Shown here one piece after another: positions 63,648 through 64,000 of a stretch of 64,000 nucleotides of DNA. The notes beneath the pieces are model-generated. The model saw only the letters and a program-made list of their open reading frames with translations. It did no database searches and had not been told where the DNA came from. Numbering within the stretch: position 1 is the stretch's first letter; every line of letters begins with the position of its first letter. Source of the DNA: a virus; the IMG/VR virus record IMGVR_UViG_3300047157_000073, positions 1 through 64,000 of that record; one strand, 5' to 3'. A program made the translations under genes and the position numbers.

Positions 63648-64000
63648 ATGTCTAAAAATTATGACTTTACCTTTGCCCAACGGGAAGAAGGTTTTGATGA
63701 CCATATAGAACATTCGATTCGTGGATATACAAACTTACTAGAAGATGTAATTAGTCTATCTAGAAACTTTGTAGAAGATGAAACAAATGTTGTTGATATT
63801 GGTTGTTCAACAGGAAAATTAACAGAGGCCTTTGTAAAAGGTAATCAATCATTTTGTAAGTATGCTAATTATGTTGGTATAGAACTTGCTCCTAGTTTCT
63901 TCACAGAACTTGACGCAAGACATGAAAGAATGAAAAATGAATACTATTGGGCAAATGTTAATTTTGAAAAGAAAGATGTTCGTAATTACAAATTTGAAAA
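63648..64000 (+). CDS. cmoA: CmoA-like carboxy-SAM synthase, 5' part (runs off the window; not in ORF track)
   Basis: MSKNYDFTFAQREEGFDDHIEHSIRGYTNLLEDVISLSRNFVEDETNVVDIGCSTG, matching by eye the CmoA N-terminus D.TF...F.D.I..S.PGY..FV...T.V.DLGCS.G. Confidence 0.75.
   Translation, partial: MSKNYDFTFAQREEGFDDHIEHSIRGYTNLLEDVISLSRNFVEDETNVVDIGCSTGKLTEAFVKGNQSFCKYANYVGIELAPSFFTELDARHERMKNEYYWANVNFEKKDVRNYKFE

Overview
A 64-kb segment of an AT-rich, T4-like (cyanophage/pelagimyophage-type) myovirus genome, almost all on the + strand. In order: end of a baseplate wedge gene; a large VrlC/DUF4815-like structural gene; a modular tail-fibre region interrupted by a late-promoter cassette of one flavin-dependent halogenase and five Fe(II)/2OG oxygenases; neck, terminase, sheath, tube, portal and head genes (gp13-gp23); an AlkB/XylM-family di-iron monooxygenase inserted between gp23 and gp3 with its own promoters, structured leader and terminator; uvsY, uvsW, gp55, gp47, gp46; a vWA/peptidase plus MoxR-type ATPase pair flanked by three Fur-box-like palindromes; Hsp20; gp45, gp44, gp62, regA, iscU, a RimK-like ligase-protease fusion and gp43; then two tandem C5-cytosine methyltransferase homologues with Arg in place of the motif-X Asn, followed by a CmoA-like carboxy-SAM synthase (predicted DNA carboxymethylation system). 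About 15 apparent indel frameshifts, several in essential genes, suggest sequencing or consensus errors. No tRNA, rRNA, CRISPR array or IS element was recognised. All assignments come from motif recognition by eye; no database searches were run.
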